Positions 9,412 to 17,896 of a DNA stretch of 64,000 nucleotides are shown here, piece by piece. A program made the translations under genes and the position numbers. This DNA is from Gemmatimonas sp. (GTDB lineage: Bacteria; Gemmatimonadota; Gemmatimonadetes; Gemmatimonadales; Gemmatimonadaceae), in the NCBI GenBank assembly GCA_031414535.1, contig JANNVQ010000054.1:96001-160000 (forward strand). Direction: 5' to 3'. The notes under the pieces are model-generated. The model was not told the DNA's origin. It saw only the letters and a list, made by a program, of their open reading frames with translations, and ran no database searches. How positions within the stretch are numbered: the first letter of the stretch is position 1; each line of letters starts with the position of its first letter.

Positions 9412-12188
9412 CGCCGCGGTAGACGCCGCAACTCCGCGCGCACCGCAACGGGATTGAGGTACAGCGACGACGCATCACGCGGTGCGCGCGCCGCAGCCTC
9501 CAGCCACGTCCGCGCCTCGGCGGTCCGACCGAGCGCGACGAGCGACTTCGCGAGATACCAGTTGCTCCGCGTGAAGCCGAGGCTCGGAAACACGATCGCC
9601 CGGCGGAACTCCGCCGCCGCATTCTCGTAGCGCTGGCGCGCCAGCCACGCGAGGCCCCGCACGTGATGATGCAGGTAATGGTCGCGCACATAACGACTCC
9701 GCGGCCCAAGTACCGCCAGCGTATCGGCGAGCGCGAACAAGCCGGTCGTGTCACCCGCCTCGTAACGGGCGGTCGCCGCGAGCGTGCGATTCCACACCAC
9801 GCGACGCGCCCGACCGGCTTCGGACTCGACGACTTGCGGGCGCGCGAACGCGATGGAATCGAAGATCGCCGCGGCCTGCGCACCGGCACCCCGCTCGAGG
9901 TGCACCACGGCCTCAAGCACCGTCGGCGGCGTCGTACCCGGACCGGCGCTTTGGCTGACCCGGCGATACGCTTGCGCCGCCGCAAGTGCACGATCGAATG
10001 CACCGGCATTCCGGTACATGATGGCACGATCCCAGAGCGAGGTTGGCGTTCGCCCGGCACTCGCGGGATCGAGTGTCGCTTCCACACCGGAAAAGGCCGC
10101 CGTATCGCCGCGCCTGCTGGCAGCCTGTAGCAGCCAGCCGCGCGATGCGGGAAATCCACGGTCGACATTCTCGGACACCAGCTTCTCCAACTCTCGGTGG
10201 CGATTCACATCGCGCTCCAAGAGGGACGCGAGGCGATGCCAGGCGAGGACGTCGTTGGGCGCGAGCTTGAGATACCGCTTCATCCAGCTCTCTGCCGCAG
10301 CCAAGGAATCTTGGTTCTCCGCCACCGTGACGATGTGCTGCACGGCTTCGCAGGCGTAGCAGCGGCCAGCGCCGCGGCCGATGCGTGCGCTGTCCGCCAC
10401 CCATACGGACAGCAGCGCCGCGTGCGCCCGTGCGAAGTCGCCCCGCTGGAACAGTGCGGGGCCGGCCGTGCCCATTCGCACTTCAAGGTCGTTGGGATAA
10501 CGCGCCGCCAAGGTGTCGAAAATCGCATCGGCCGCCGGATCATTCATCTCGACGAGCCACGTCGCCCGGATCAGCATTGCGTCGCGCGGCGCGGCGCGTT
10601 GCTGCATGCGCATGGCAAGTTCGAGGAAGGCGCGCGATTCCCGGCCGCCCTCGGGGAGCATGCCCGACAGCGCCAGCGCAGCGAGCGCGAAGGTGCTGTC
10701 CTCGGCCAAGGCGCCGCGTAGCTGAGCGCGCGCCGCGTCATCCCGGCCCTCGGATTGGGCGCGACGCGCGGCTTGGTAGAGGCGCCAGGCCTCGAGCGAT
10801 TTGGTGGAGACTTCCGCCACGGAAGTGCTCGGTGCGCTGCGCGAGAGGGATTGCAGCAGCTGCACCGACGCAGAGTCCACGAGCGCGAACGCCCCGCTGG
10901 CCTCGCTCCGATACGCAGCCACAACCACACCCCGCGTGAGTTCGATGCGCCGCAGATCGAGCCGCCAACGCGCCCCGTCGCGCAGGATAGTCCCCTCGAT
11001 GAGTTCTTGCGCGCCTGCCTCACGCGCCGCGCGAAGCGAGGCCCCGGCCGCGGCTTCGGCCCCCGCCTGCAGTTCCATCATCCGCGCGGCACTCACCACC
11101 GCGATTCCCTCCGCGCGCGCGAGATTCGTGGCGAGCATGCTCGCGATCGTTTCCCCAATTGCGTCGCCACCGATGGTACCGACGGCGAGCACGGGCACCG
11201 TGTCAGCCACCGCCGCTTGCGGCGCTCCGTCCTTCCCCACTCCTCGCAAGCCGAGCGCAACAATCGCCATCACCACCGCGAACACGGAGACGATGGCAAA
11301 CACCGGCCAACGCGGCGGTGCGGGCCTCGGGGCCGCCACTGGCTCTTTGTCCTCGCGAATCTCGGCAACAGGATCGGCAACTCTTTGCGATGCCACCGGC
11401 ACTTCCACTGCAGGCATCGTCGGTGCAAGCATCGTTGGCGCAGGAGGCGGCGACGACACCTCGCCGCGCTGCAACTCCTCCATCAGCCTCAGCACCTCCG
11501 CCGAGGGGGCCGCCTCCAGTTCCTGCTGCACAAGCACAGCGTGGATACGAAGCTGCCGGATCCCGGCCTCACGGTCACCTGAGGCCACCAGAGCACGCGC
11601 AAAGTCCACGGCGGCTCGTCCCGAGAGCGGATCTGCATTTGCGAGGAGCCGCCGGAGCCGCACCGACCGGACGGAGTCGCCTGCGCGTGCCGCTTGCTCT
11701 GCAACGCGGCTCGCGACGGCCCTCCATTTCTGTTCGCATTCATTACGGGATTCCTCGGACCAGAACTCGAATTCCCGCACTTCTGGTAGTTCAAATCCTT
11801 CAAGCAGCGGTGCCGTCCGGAGGTCAGCGGCGGCTCCTTCGGCACCCTCCTTTACCTGCCGCAGAAAATCCCAGTAGTCGCACGACAGCCGATCCTCGTT
11901 CAGCCGGAGATCGGTGGAGCCGAGCACCACATCGTCAGTGCCCAAGTCGCGGCGAATCGCATACAAGGCCTGACTCAACGCTGCTCGGCCACGCTCCTGA
12001 TCATCCCCAGGCCAAAGGATGGAGAGCAGACGCTCGCGCGAGACCGCCGGCCTCCCTGGGGGAGCCTCGACCGCCAACACCGCCACCAGTGCGAGCCGGC
12101 GCCGTTGGGCCAGCGAGCCGCCGACTTGGGCCCCGTCTCGCCAAACACCGGGCGCACCGAAGAGCTGTATTCGCAACGAGTTAGGCAC
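9408..12188 (-). CDS. Transmembrane SARP/BTAD-family transcriptional regulator with extracytoplasmic TolB_N/FlgO-like and TPR region
   Basis: N-terminal wHTH (SRERLLSILWP...ALSQALYAIRRDLG), BTAD (DPLSGRAA...ELEAAPS), Pro-rich linker, TM WPVFAIVSVFAVVMAIVALGL, STKSLEAWRLY, TPRs. Confidence 0.8.
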   Translation of the reverse strand: MPNSLRIQLFGAPGVWRDGAQVGGSLAQRRRLALVAVLAVEAPPGRPAVSRERLLSILWPGDDQERGRAALSQALYAIRRDLGTDDVVLGSTDLRLNEDRLSCDYWDFLRQVKEGAEGAAADLRTAPLLEGFELPEVREFEFWSEESRNECEQKWRAVASRVAEQAARAGDSVRSVRLRRLLANADPLSGRAAVDFARALVASGDREAGIRQLRIHAVLVQQELEAAPSAEVLRLMEELQRGEVSSPPPAPTMLAPTMPAVEVPVASQRVADPVAEIREDKEPVAAPRPAPPRWPVFAIVSVFAVVMAIVALGLRGVGKDGAPQAAVADTVPVLAVGTIGGDAIGETIASMLATNLARAEGIAVVSAARMMELQAGAEAAAGASLRAAREAGAQELIEGTILRDGARWRLDLRRIELTRGVVVAAYRSEASGAFALVDSASVQLLQSLSRSAPSTSVAEVSTKSLEAWRLYQAARRAQSEGRDDAARAQLRGALAEDSTFALAALALSGMLPEGGRESRAFLELAMRMQQRAAPRDAMLIRATWLVEMNDPAADAIFDTLAARYPNDLEVRMGTAGPALFQRGDFARAHAALLSVWVADSARIGRGAGRCYACEAVQHIVTVAENQDSLAAAESWMKRYLKLAPNDVLAWHRLASLLERDVNRHRELEKLVSENVDRGFPASRGWLLQAASRRGDTAAFSGVEATLDPASAGRTPTSLWDRAIMYRNAGAFDRALAAAQAYRRVSQSAGPGTTPPTVLEAVVHLERGAGAQAAAIFDSIAFARPQVVESEAGRARRVVWNRTLAATARYEAGDTTGLFALADTLAVLGPRSRYVRDHYLHHHVRGLAWLARQRYENAAAEFRRAIVFPSLGFTRSNWYLAKSLVALGRTAEARTWLEAAARAPRDASSLYLNPVAVRAELRRLPRR

Positions 12189-12284
12189 AGGTGAGACTGA
12201 GGTGAGAGCCTGGGCGAATCGGCGTGAGGGCGCCGACGAATATATCGCCGCGTCCCTTACTCACAACCTGTTTTGGAGGTTCCA

Positions 12285-13214
12285 GTGTTCCGTTCTACTC
12301 GACTCACCGCATCGCTACTGCTGGCCGTGCTGGCTGCCTGCGACCCGGCATCAGCACCGCTCACTCCGCCCCTCGAGCCACTGCCGCCGCCGCTGACGCC
12401 GGGCGTCTGGCATCTCGTGCAGGCCGACGGCCAGCCCCTTCCTGCCTACGTCGCTCACCGCCTCGTCGGAGGACAGCTTGAGCAGGTGTACGTAGACTCC
12501 GCGCGCATTGAACTCGACCAACAAGGCCGGTGGACTCAAAGCATCTTCCGCCGCGTCCTTCGCGACGGCCAACTGCAGTACCGCGAAGTGTGGTTCGATC
12601 AAGGCGTCTCCACTCCCTCCGCAGAGACCTACACCTTCACGTCAAATGGCGGGAGCCGAGTCGCGACGGTCAACAACCGTACGGCTGGGCGCCTAGACGT
12701 GATTGAGCCCATGGTCGTGTGGCCGGGTTCCGGACTCGTGGCCTCGAGATACGAACCGCGTCGCAGCGTAACCGTCCCCCCAGGGGACTCGTCTGGCACG
12801 GTTGTCACCATGACGGCGTTCCGTGCCGTGTCAGCGAACGGCGCAGCGCTGCCTGCGGTTGTGCTTGAGATCGACGACGAGCCAGCGGAAGGTAACGGGA
12901 CGAGATTCCTGCTCGACTCGGCGTGGGTGAGCCTTTCCAGCGACGGCACATATCGCCGTACGGTGGCCTACTCGGAGTGGCAGTCGCCGAACCCAGCGCT
13001 GGGATTGGGATGGACGAAGTTCGGAAGCACGAGGCGCTTGGACTGGGGCAGCTTCACGCGGAACGACAAGAACATCACGCTCACCAGCGCGTACTTCCAG
13101 AATTTCGTCGTGACGGGCGAGCTGCGCGCTGACGGCAAGCTGCTGCTGCAGCATGGGCTTGAGCCGCGTGATGAGATGTCGCTCACGGTGTCCTACGATC
13201 GCATCATACCGTGA
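12285..13214 (+). CDS. Lipoprotein with two tandem lipocalin-like beta domains
   Basis: GGAGG RBS before GTG 12285; lipobox VLAAC; internal repeat (ADGQPLPA...DSARIELDQQG...DQG vs ANGAALPA...DSAWVSLSSDG...DWG). Confidence 0.7.
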   Translation: MFRSTRLTASLLLAVLAACDPASAPLTPPLEPLPPPLTPGVWHLVQADGQPLPAYVAHRLVGGQLEQVYVDSARIELDQQGRWTQSIFRRVLRDGQLQYREVWFDQGVSTPSAETYTFTSNGGSRVATVNNRTAGRLDVIEPMVVWPGSGLVASRYEPRRSVTVPPGDSSGTVVTMTAFRAVSANGAALPAVVLEIDDEPAEGNGTRFLLDSAWVSLSSDGTYRRTVAYSEWQSPNPALGLGWTKFGSTRRLDWGSFTRNDKNITLTSAYFQNFVVTGELRADGKLLLQHGLEPRDEMSLTVSYDRIIP

Positions 13215-14116
13215 GCGCCGTGTCCCTCAGGAGATTCGGGTTCTGTAGCCTCGTCGTGGCGCTGAGTGCCTGTGCCACGACGGGGGCTACGCTGGGCAGC
13301 GGTGTGGGCGATGCGATGCTCTCGCAGCCTCCTTGGTACGCGGGAGCACGCACCACGCCCACTAGCCGCCCCGACGTGCCCGTCGGCGCCTTGCCCATCA
13401 TGTACCAGACGCGAGACGGACGCGGGGAGATCTTCGATCCGCAGGGTGCCCCGGGTTCAGCGATTGCGACCCTGCTGGAGGAGATGAACGCGTTCTTGCC
13501 TTCGCTCACGGCGAGCAACGCAGTCCCCCTGCGACTGCTCTCCGGCGCGTCGGTGGGAACGCCGCCGGACGTCCGCTTTGGTTGTTTGACGGAGGGTAAT
13601 CTGCCGGGCGAGGAGTGCGTCGCGCGGGGCGATAGCGTCTTGGGTCGCATTCCAAACCTCAATCAGATGAAGCTCGAAGTCGGCCGGCCGTCGCCCGAGT
13701 GGACGGCCTCGGCCTCGGCGGAGGCGGCGAAGCATGGCGTGGACTACACGCTCGTCATCGCATTGGAAGTCGGCGAGTACGTCATCCGTCAGACGGGAAT
13801 GGCTGGCAACAAGTCCGTGGACCTCGGCAGCAACCACGTCCAGTCTCTGCCTTGGCTGACATCACTAGAGCAACCGGTCCAAGTGCTTCAGCTGACCGGG
13901 GCACTGGTGGGTCGAGATGGCAAGGCGATTCGGATCGGTGCCGAAGGCGTGATCGCGAAGCGTACGCCCATCGTTGCGAGCGGCTTTGGGGTGAGCGCAT
14001 TGATTAGCGACGCCGATGTCGAGCTGCTGCGTACACGGCGACGGGAGGACTTACCCGGTAATCCGCTCGCGTGGCAGGAAGCGCTGCGTGAGCTCGTGCG
14101 GGGACTCACTCGCTAA
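13211..14116 (+). CDS. Hypothetical lipoprotein
   Basis: Lipobox ALSAC; GTGA overlap with the upstream gene. Confidence 0.7.
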   Translation: MSAVSLRRFGFCSLVVALSACATTGATLGSGVGDAMLSQPPWYAGARTTPTSRPDVPVGALPIMYQTRDGRGEIFDPQGAPGSAIATLLEEMNAFLPSLTASNAVPLRLLSGASVGTPPDVRFGCLTEGNLPGEECVARGDSVLGRIPNLNQMKLEVGRPSPEWTASASAEAAKHGVDYTLVIALEVGEYVIRQTGMAGNKSVDLGSNHVQSLPWLTSLEQPVQVLQLTGALVGRDGKAIRIGAEGVIAKRTPIVASGFGVSALISDADVELLRTRRREDLPGNPLAWQEALRELVRGLTR

Positions 14117-14151
14117 GGATTCTGGACGTGCTGGAGGCATCTTGCGATGCT

Positions 14152-15687
14152 CTAGAACGTCCAGCGCCCCGTGAGCGTCGCTGCGCCGTAACGATAGTCG
14201 CTCGCCGTGATAGCACCCGCACCAGCCACGTTTGCGTAGACGAGCCCGAACACGAGTTCGCGGCCCGGCGCGACCCTGTAGCCCACGCGCATCGCGCCGC
14301 GCGGGACCACACTGCGACTCACCGGATTGCTCTCGAATGCGACACCCTGGCTTGCGAGCGCGAGGTCACCCGCAAGCACGAGCCCGAGTTCAGCAGGCCG
14401 CTCCCAACTGAGCGCCGCCTCCGTGATGGACCATGTCTGTGGCGCGAAAAATACCCCGAACTCCGGAGCGTCCCAGGATACTTGGCGCTGCGAGAGCGAG
14501 AGTTGCGTGCCGCGGCGTGGGAGGAATCGCAAGGATCCCATGATCGTGCTCCGCGACGCGATGACGTCGGGGCTGCCATCCACGACGCCGGCGGTTCCAG
14601 ACAGACCAAGGTGCCAGCGCGGAGCCAGAATGTAGTTGGCGTCCACATCGAACACGCTAAACATCAGTCCGCGAGACGCGGTGCTCAGTACTTCGTCGAA
14701 CGGTTCGCGATTGCCTCCCGCCGATAGGCGGAGCTTGCCACCGACGACACCGGCCCCTCGTACGCCACCGCGCAGACGCAGCGTCTCACCGGGAACGGTG
14801 GACGGGAAAGACACCGCCCCAAAGTCAGCTCGCCACGTGATGCCGAGTGCCGCAGGCCGCCAAGAGGCGTGAATCAGCGCACCCGGCACCACGATGGCAT
14901 CCACGTCCGAGACGCTCGCTTCGCGCAGACGCGCCGTAGCGCCAGCGCGAACCCCATGCCACATCGGGAGCAGCACGCCAACTTCACGATGCCAGAGCGT
15001 GTTGCGCTCGGAATCCTTTGCCCCGACCATCTGAAAGGTGGCCGCAAGATTCAGATCCGCTTTCACCCACGCCATCTGCTCTCGTGCCGCGCGATCATTC
15101 GGGGCAATCGCGAGCGCGCGCGTCAGTGCCTGCTCCGCCGCGCGCGTTTCGCCCCGCCAGCGACGGAATTGCCCGAGAAGAGTCCAGGCTTCGGTATCGT
15201 CCGCGCGGCGCTCCACCCAGCGCTCGAGTGTCGCTTCGCCCTCGGGGATGCGGTCACTCCAGGCGAGGGTCTGCGCTCGGCCCAGCACCGCGTCCCGATA
15301 ATTGGCGTCGCGCGCGAGCACCGAGTCGTACTGCGCCAGCGATTCGGGAATGCGCGAGGCCCACGCGTAGGTGCGACCCAGCGCAACGCGCCCCTCGAGA
15401 TCATCAGGCTCGGCGCGTATGTAGCGCCGCTGTGCAGCGATGGCAGCGCCAAAACGATTGCTCCAGGCGTGCAGCAACCCAACGCGGAAGAGCGCACGCG
15501 TGGAATACACGGAATCCGCCCGCACCACGGCGTCGTAGGCCGTGAATGCCGCAGGATGGTCTTCGCGCGTCCAGGCTGAATCGCCACGCGCGAGCAGCGT
15601 CGCAAGATCATCACGCGACGGCGGCGACTGCGCGGCCACACTCCCTGCCCAGAAGGCGAGGGCAAGGAGTGTCGACGCGCCCTGCAT
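14152..15687 (-). CDS. TPR + outer-membrane beta-barrel protein (PgaA/BcsC/YaiO-like architecture)
   Basis: Signal peptide; TPRs with a recurring Trp (LLHAWSNR, TYAWASR, TLAWSDR, FRRWRGE); amphipathic beta strands; C-terminal beta-signal ATLTGRWTF; TAATG overlap with the upstream gene. Confidence 0.75.
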   Translation of the reverse strand: MQGASTLLALAFWAGSVAAQSPPSRDDLATLLARGDSAWTREDHPAAFTAYDAVVRADSVYSTRALFRVGLLHAWSNRFGAAIAAQRRYIRAEPDDLEGRVALGRTYAWASRIPESLAQYDSVLARDANYRDAVLGRAQTLAWSDRIPEGEATLERWVERRADDTEAWTLLGQFRRWRGETRAAEQALTRALAIAPNDRAAREQMAWVKADLNLAATFQMVGAKDSERNTLWHREVGVLLPMWHGVRAGATARLREASVSDVDAIVVPGALIHASWRPAALGITWRADFGAVSFPSTVPGETLRLRGGVRGAGVVGGKLRLSAGGNREPFDEVLSTASRGLMFSVFDVDANYILAPRWHLGLSGTAGVVDGSPDVIASRSTIMGSLRFLPRRGTQLSLSQRQVSWDAPEFGVFFAPQTWSITEAALSWERPAELGLVLAGDLALASQGVAFESNPVSRSVVPRGAMRVGYRVAPGRELVFGLVYANVAGAGAITASDYRYGAATLTGRWTF

Positions 15688-16253
15688 TACTTGGCCGACC
15701 AATCCGCCGCGAGGTCAAGACGGCCCCAGCTGATGCTGAGCACGCCGCGCGCGGAAGTACCGTCAACCGGCACCATCACGATCTGCAGGGACTCCTGCAC
15801 TTCCGTGCGCGTACGAGCGCGCAGCGGCACGCGGGCAAAGTCCTTGGTGGCATCGTACTCCGTGCCCCACTGGCCCGTGTTGTTGTTGATGATGAGGATG
15901 TACTGCCCGTTCTCGCGGATGGTGTAAAGCGAGTAGTCACCGGCCGGCACATCCTTGCCACCGATGACGAGGTCAGTCTGCGTGCGCAGGGTGGTGGCAG
16001 CGTTGGCACCGGTGCGCCAGATCGTGCCGTCCGCCGCCAGCTCGGACGGGACGTCACGCCCGCGGGCGTGCGGTTGGCCGTATTCGATGGTGACATTCTT
16101 GGGCGTGGGCGCAGGCTGACCCTGCACACGGGCGGTGGCGAGAGGCATCGTGAAGACGACGCGCGTGCTCAACGGGGCGCGGAGGCCGCTCTGCTGAGCG
16201 GCGAGCGGAGCGGAGACGAGCGCGAGAAGGGCGAGGGCCAGAACCGGACGCAT
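15687..16253 (-). CDS. DUF2911 family secreted protein
   Basis: Signal peptide; YGQPHARGR, WRTGANAAT, PAGDYSLYTI, QWGTEYD. Confidence 0.85.
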   Translation of the reverse strand: MRPVLALALLALVSAPLAAQQSGLRAPLSTRVVFTMPLATARVQGQPAPTPKNVTIEYGQPHARGRDVPSELAADGTIWRTGANAATTLRTQTDLVIGGKDVPAGDYSLYTIRENGQYILIINNNTGQWGTEYDATKDFARVPLRARTRTEVQESLQIVMVPVDGTSARGVLSISWGRLDLAADWSAK

Positions 16254-16360
16254 TGGTTTTTGTTATTGAAGGTGAATTCCGAGCGCCACAATCAGGGGCG
16301 CAGCACCGTTAAGATACCCCAGAGCAGGATGGGCGTCCAAGCTCCTGCCCACCGCTCCTT

Positions 16361-16382
16361 TTCCGTCATCCGTCATCCGTCC
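16361..16382. repeat. Heptamer REP-like repeat, family A, single arm
   Basis: TTCCGTC ATCCGTC ATCCGTC C, ending 1 nt before the ATG at 16384. Confidence 0.75.
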
Positions 16383-16383
16383 A

Positions 16384-16824
16384 ATGTCATCCACCCATCC
16401 CGCCGCCCCAGACCACCACGACGCCGAGCTCGTCCTCAAGCTGTACGAACTCCGCCGCGAACCCGTAATGCGCGAGTCTCGCGATGCCATCAACGGTCAG
16501 TTCATGCCTCGCTCCTTTGAGGACGTGGCGGCCATCGCCAAGACAGACCACCCGCTCAACCGTGCCTACCGCCAGGTGAACACGTACTGGGAGATGGCCT
16601 ACGGCCTCATCAAGCACGGCACCCTGAACGCCGACCTCGCCATGGAGAGCAACGGCGAGGGCCTGCTGCTGCTCGCCAAGGTCTGGCCGTGGATGGACCG
16701 CATCCGGACCGAGCTGAACCCACGCTCCTTCCGGAACGCCGAGTGGGTGGCCACCCAGACTGATGCCGGGAAGTACGTATTTAGCCTTTTCCAGGCCCGA
16801 ATCGAAAAACAGCGCGGAACCTGA
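16384..16824 (+). CDS. Conserved hypothetical helical protein (DUF4760-like)
   Basis: DAELVLKLYELRREPVMRESR...RQVNTYWEMA; strong GC3 codon bias. Confidence 0.65.
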   Translation: MSSTHPAAPDHHDAELVLKLYELRREPVMRESRDAINGQFMPRSFEDVAAIAKTDHPLNRAYRQVNTYWEMAYGLIKHGTLNADLAMESNGEGLLLLAKVWPWMDRIRTELNPRSFRNAEWVATQTDAGKYVFSLFQARIEKQRGT

Positions 16825-16890
16825 ACGGGCAGACGACGGGAACCTTTTGTTAAGCAAAGAGTAAGTTATTCGCTGGACAGGACATCACCT

Positions 16891-16939
16891 GTTCGGACAA
16901 TTGCTTGACAGAATGAAACTCCGTCCATATTCTTAGACC
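16891..16939 (+). promoter_or_regulatory. Sigma70 promoter of carH (probably leaderless) with candidate CarH operator repeats
   Basis: TTGACA (16905-16910)-N17-TATTCT (16928-16933); ATG 7 nt after the -10; no RBS. GACA cores at 16896 and 16907, 11 nt apart. Confidence 0.7.
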
Positions 16940-17896
16940 ATGCCTGTCTCAAGCGGACTCCACCCGGTACGCATTGTCTCTCAGCGCACCGGCCTCACGC
17001 CAGATGTACTTCGCGCTTGGGAACGTCGCTACCACGCCATTCAACCGGTGCGTTCCCCGGGCGGACAGCGGCACTACAGCGACGCGGATATTGAGCGCCT
17101 CACGTTATTGTCCCGCGCGTCGCGAGCAGGACGGCAAATTGGTCAGCTCGTGCCGCTCGGCAACGAGGAGCTGCAAAAGCTCATCGATGGCGATGAGCGC
17201 CAGTCTCGAGAGCGGGTGGGCCTCGGGCCAGATCAACCAGCCATTGAATCCTATCTCTCCTCGGCCCTGATCGCGGTCGAGGAGTTTGATGGACATCGGC
17301 TCGAACAGACGCTCCGTTCGGCCGTACTCCGCATGCCCAGCGACGAAGTGCTCGACCAGGTCGTTGGTCCCCTGCTCTTCACCATTGGTTCGCTCTGGCA
17401 TCAGGGACTTCTACGTCCTGCGAATGAACACCTCGCGACTACGACGATCCGTCGGGTGCTCGTGTGGATGTCAGACCTTGCCGTACCCGATGCGACGTCG
17501 CCCATCATCGTGATTGGCACGCCGGCGCATCAGATGCATGAGCTCGGCGCGATGCTGGCGGCCACCACGGCGGCCAGCTCGGGGTGGCGGGTTGCCTATC
17601 TTGGCCCGAATCTGCCCGCCGGTGAACTCGCGCGGGCCGTACGCCACGCACGTGCCTCAGCGATTGCGCTCTCCATTGTGTATCCCACGGACGATCCCGG
17701 CCTGCACGGGGAGTTGCGCGAGTTGAAGGCAGCCTTGCCAAGCGAGACGGGCATTATCGTAGGCGGCAGCGGTGCTGCGGGCTACACGGAGACCATCCGT
17801 GAGATTGGCGCGCAGCCGGCGACCTCGCTTGCCGGCATGCGCCAGTGGCTGCGTCAGCGCGCGGTTACGGCGCTTTCGGGTCGAGCTGTTCGATAG
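16940..17896 (+). CDS. carH: MerR-family cobalamin-binding regulator (CarH/LitR-like photoreceptor)
   Basis: MerR HTH (LRAWERRY...RSPGGQRHYS), W-x9-EH motif (WHQGLLRPANEH), B12-binding Rossmann domain (HELG...YLGPNLP). Confidence 0.82.
   Translation: MPVSSGLHPVRIVSQRTGLTPDVLRAWERRYHAIQPVRSPGGQRHYSDADIERLTLLSRASRAGRQIGQLVPLGNEELQKLIDGDERQSRERVGLGPDQPAIESYLSSALIAVEEFDGHRLEQTLRSAVLRMPSDEVLDQVVGPLLFTIGSLWHQGLLRPANEHLATTTIRRVLVWMSDLAVPDATSPIIVIGTPAHQMHELGAMLAATTAASSGWRVAYLGPNLPAGELARAVRHARASAIALSIVYPTDDPGLHGELRELKAALPSETGIIVGGSGAAGYTETIREIGAQPATSLAGMRQWLRQRAVTALSGRAVR

Noticed and set aside
16839..16864. ECF-type promoter GGAACC-N16-GTAA upstream of carH
   Set aside because: A short motif that could occur by chance; a stronger sigma70 promoter lies closer to the gene.
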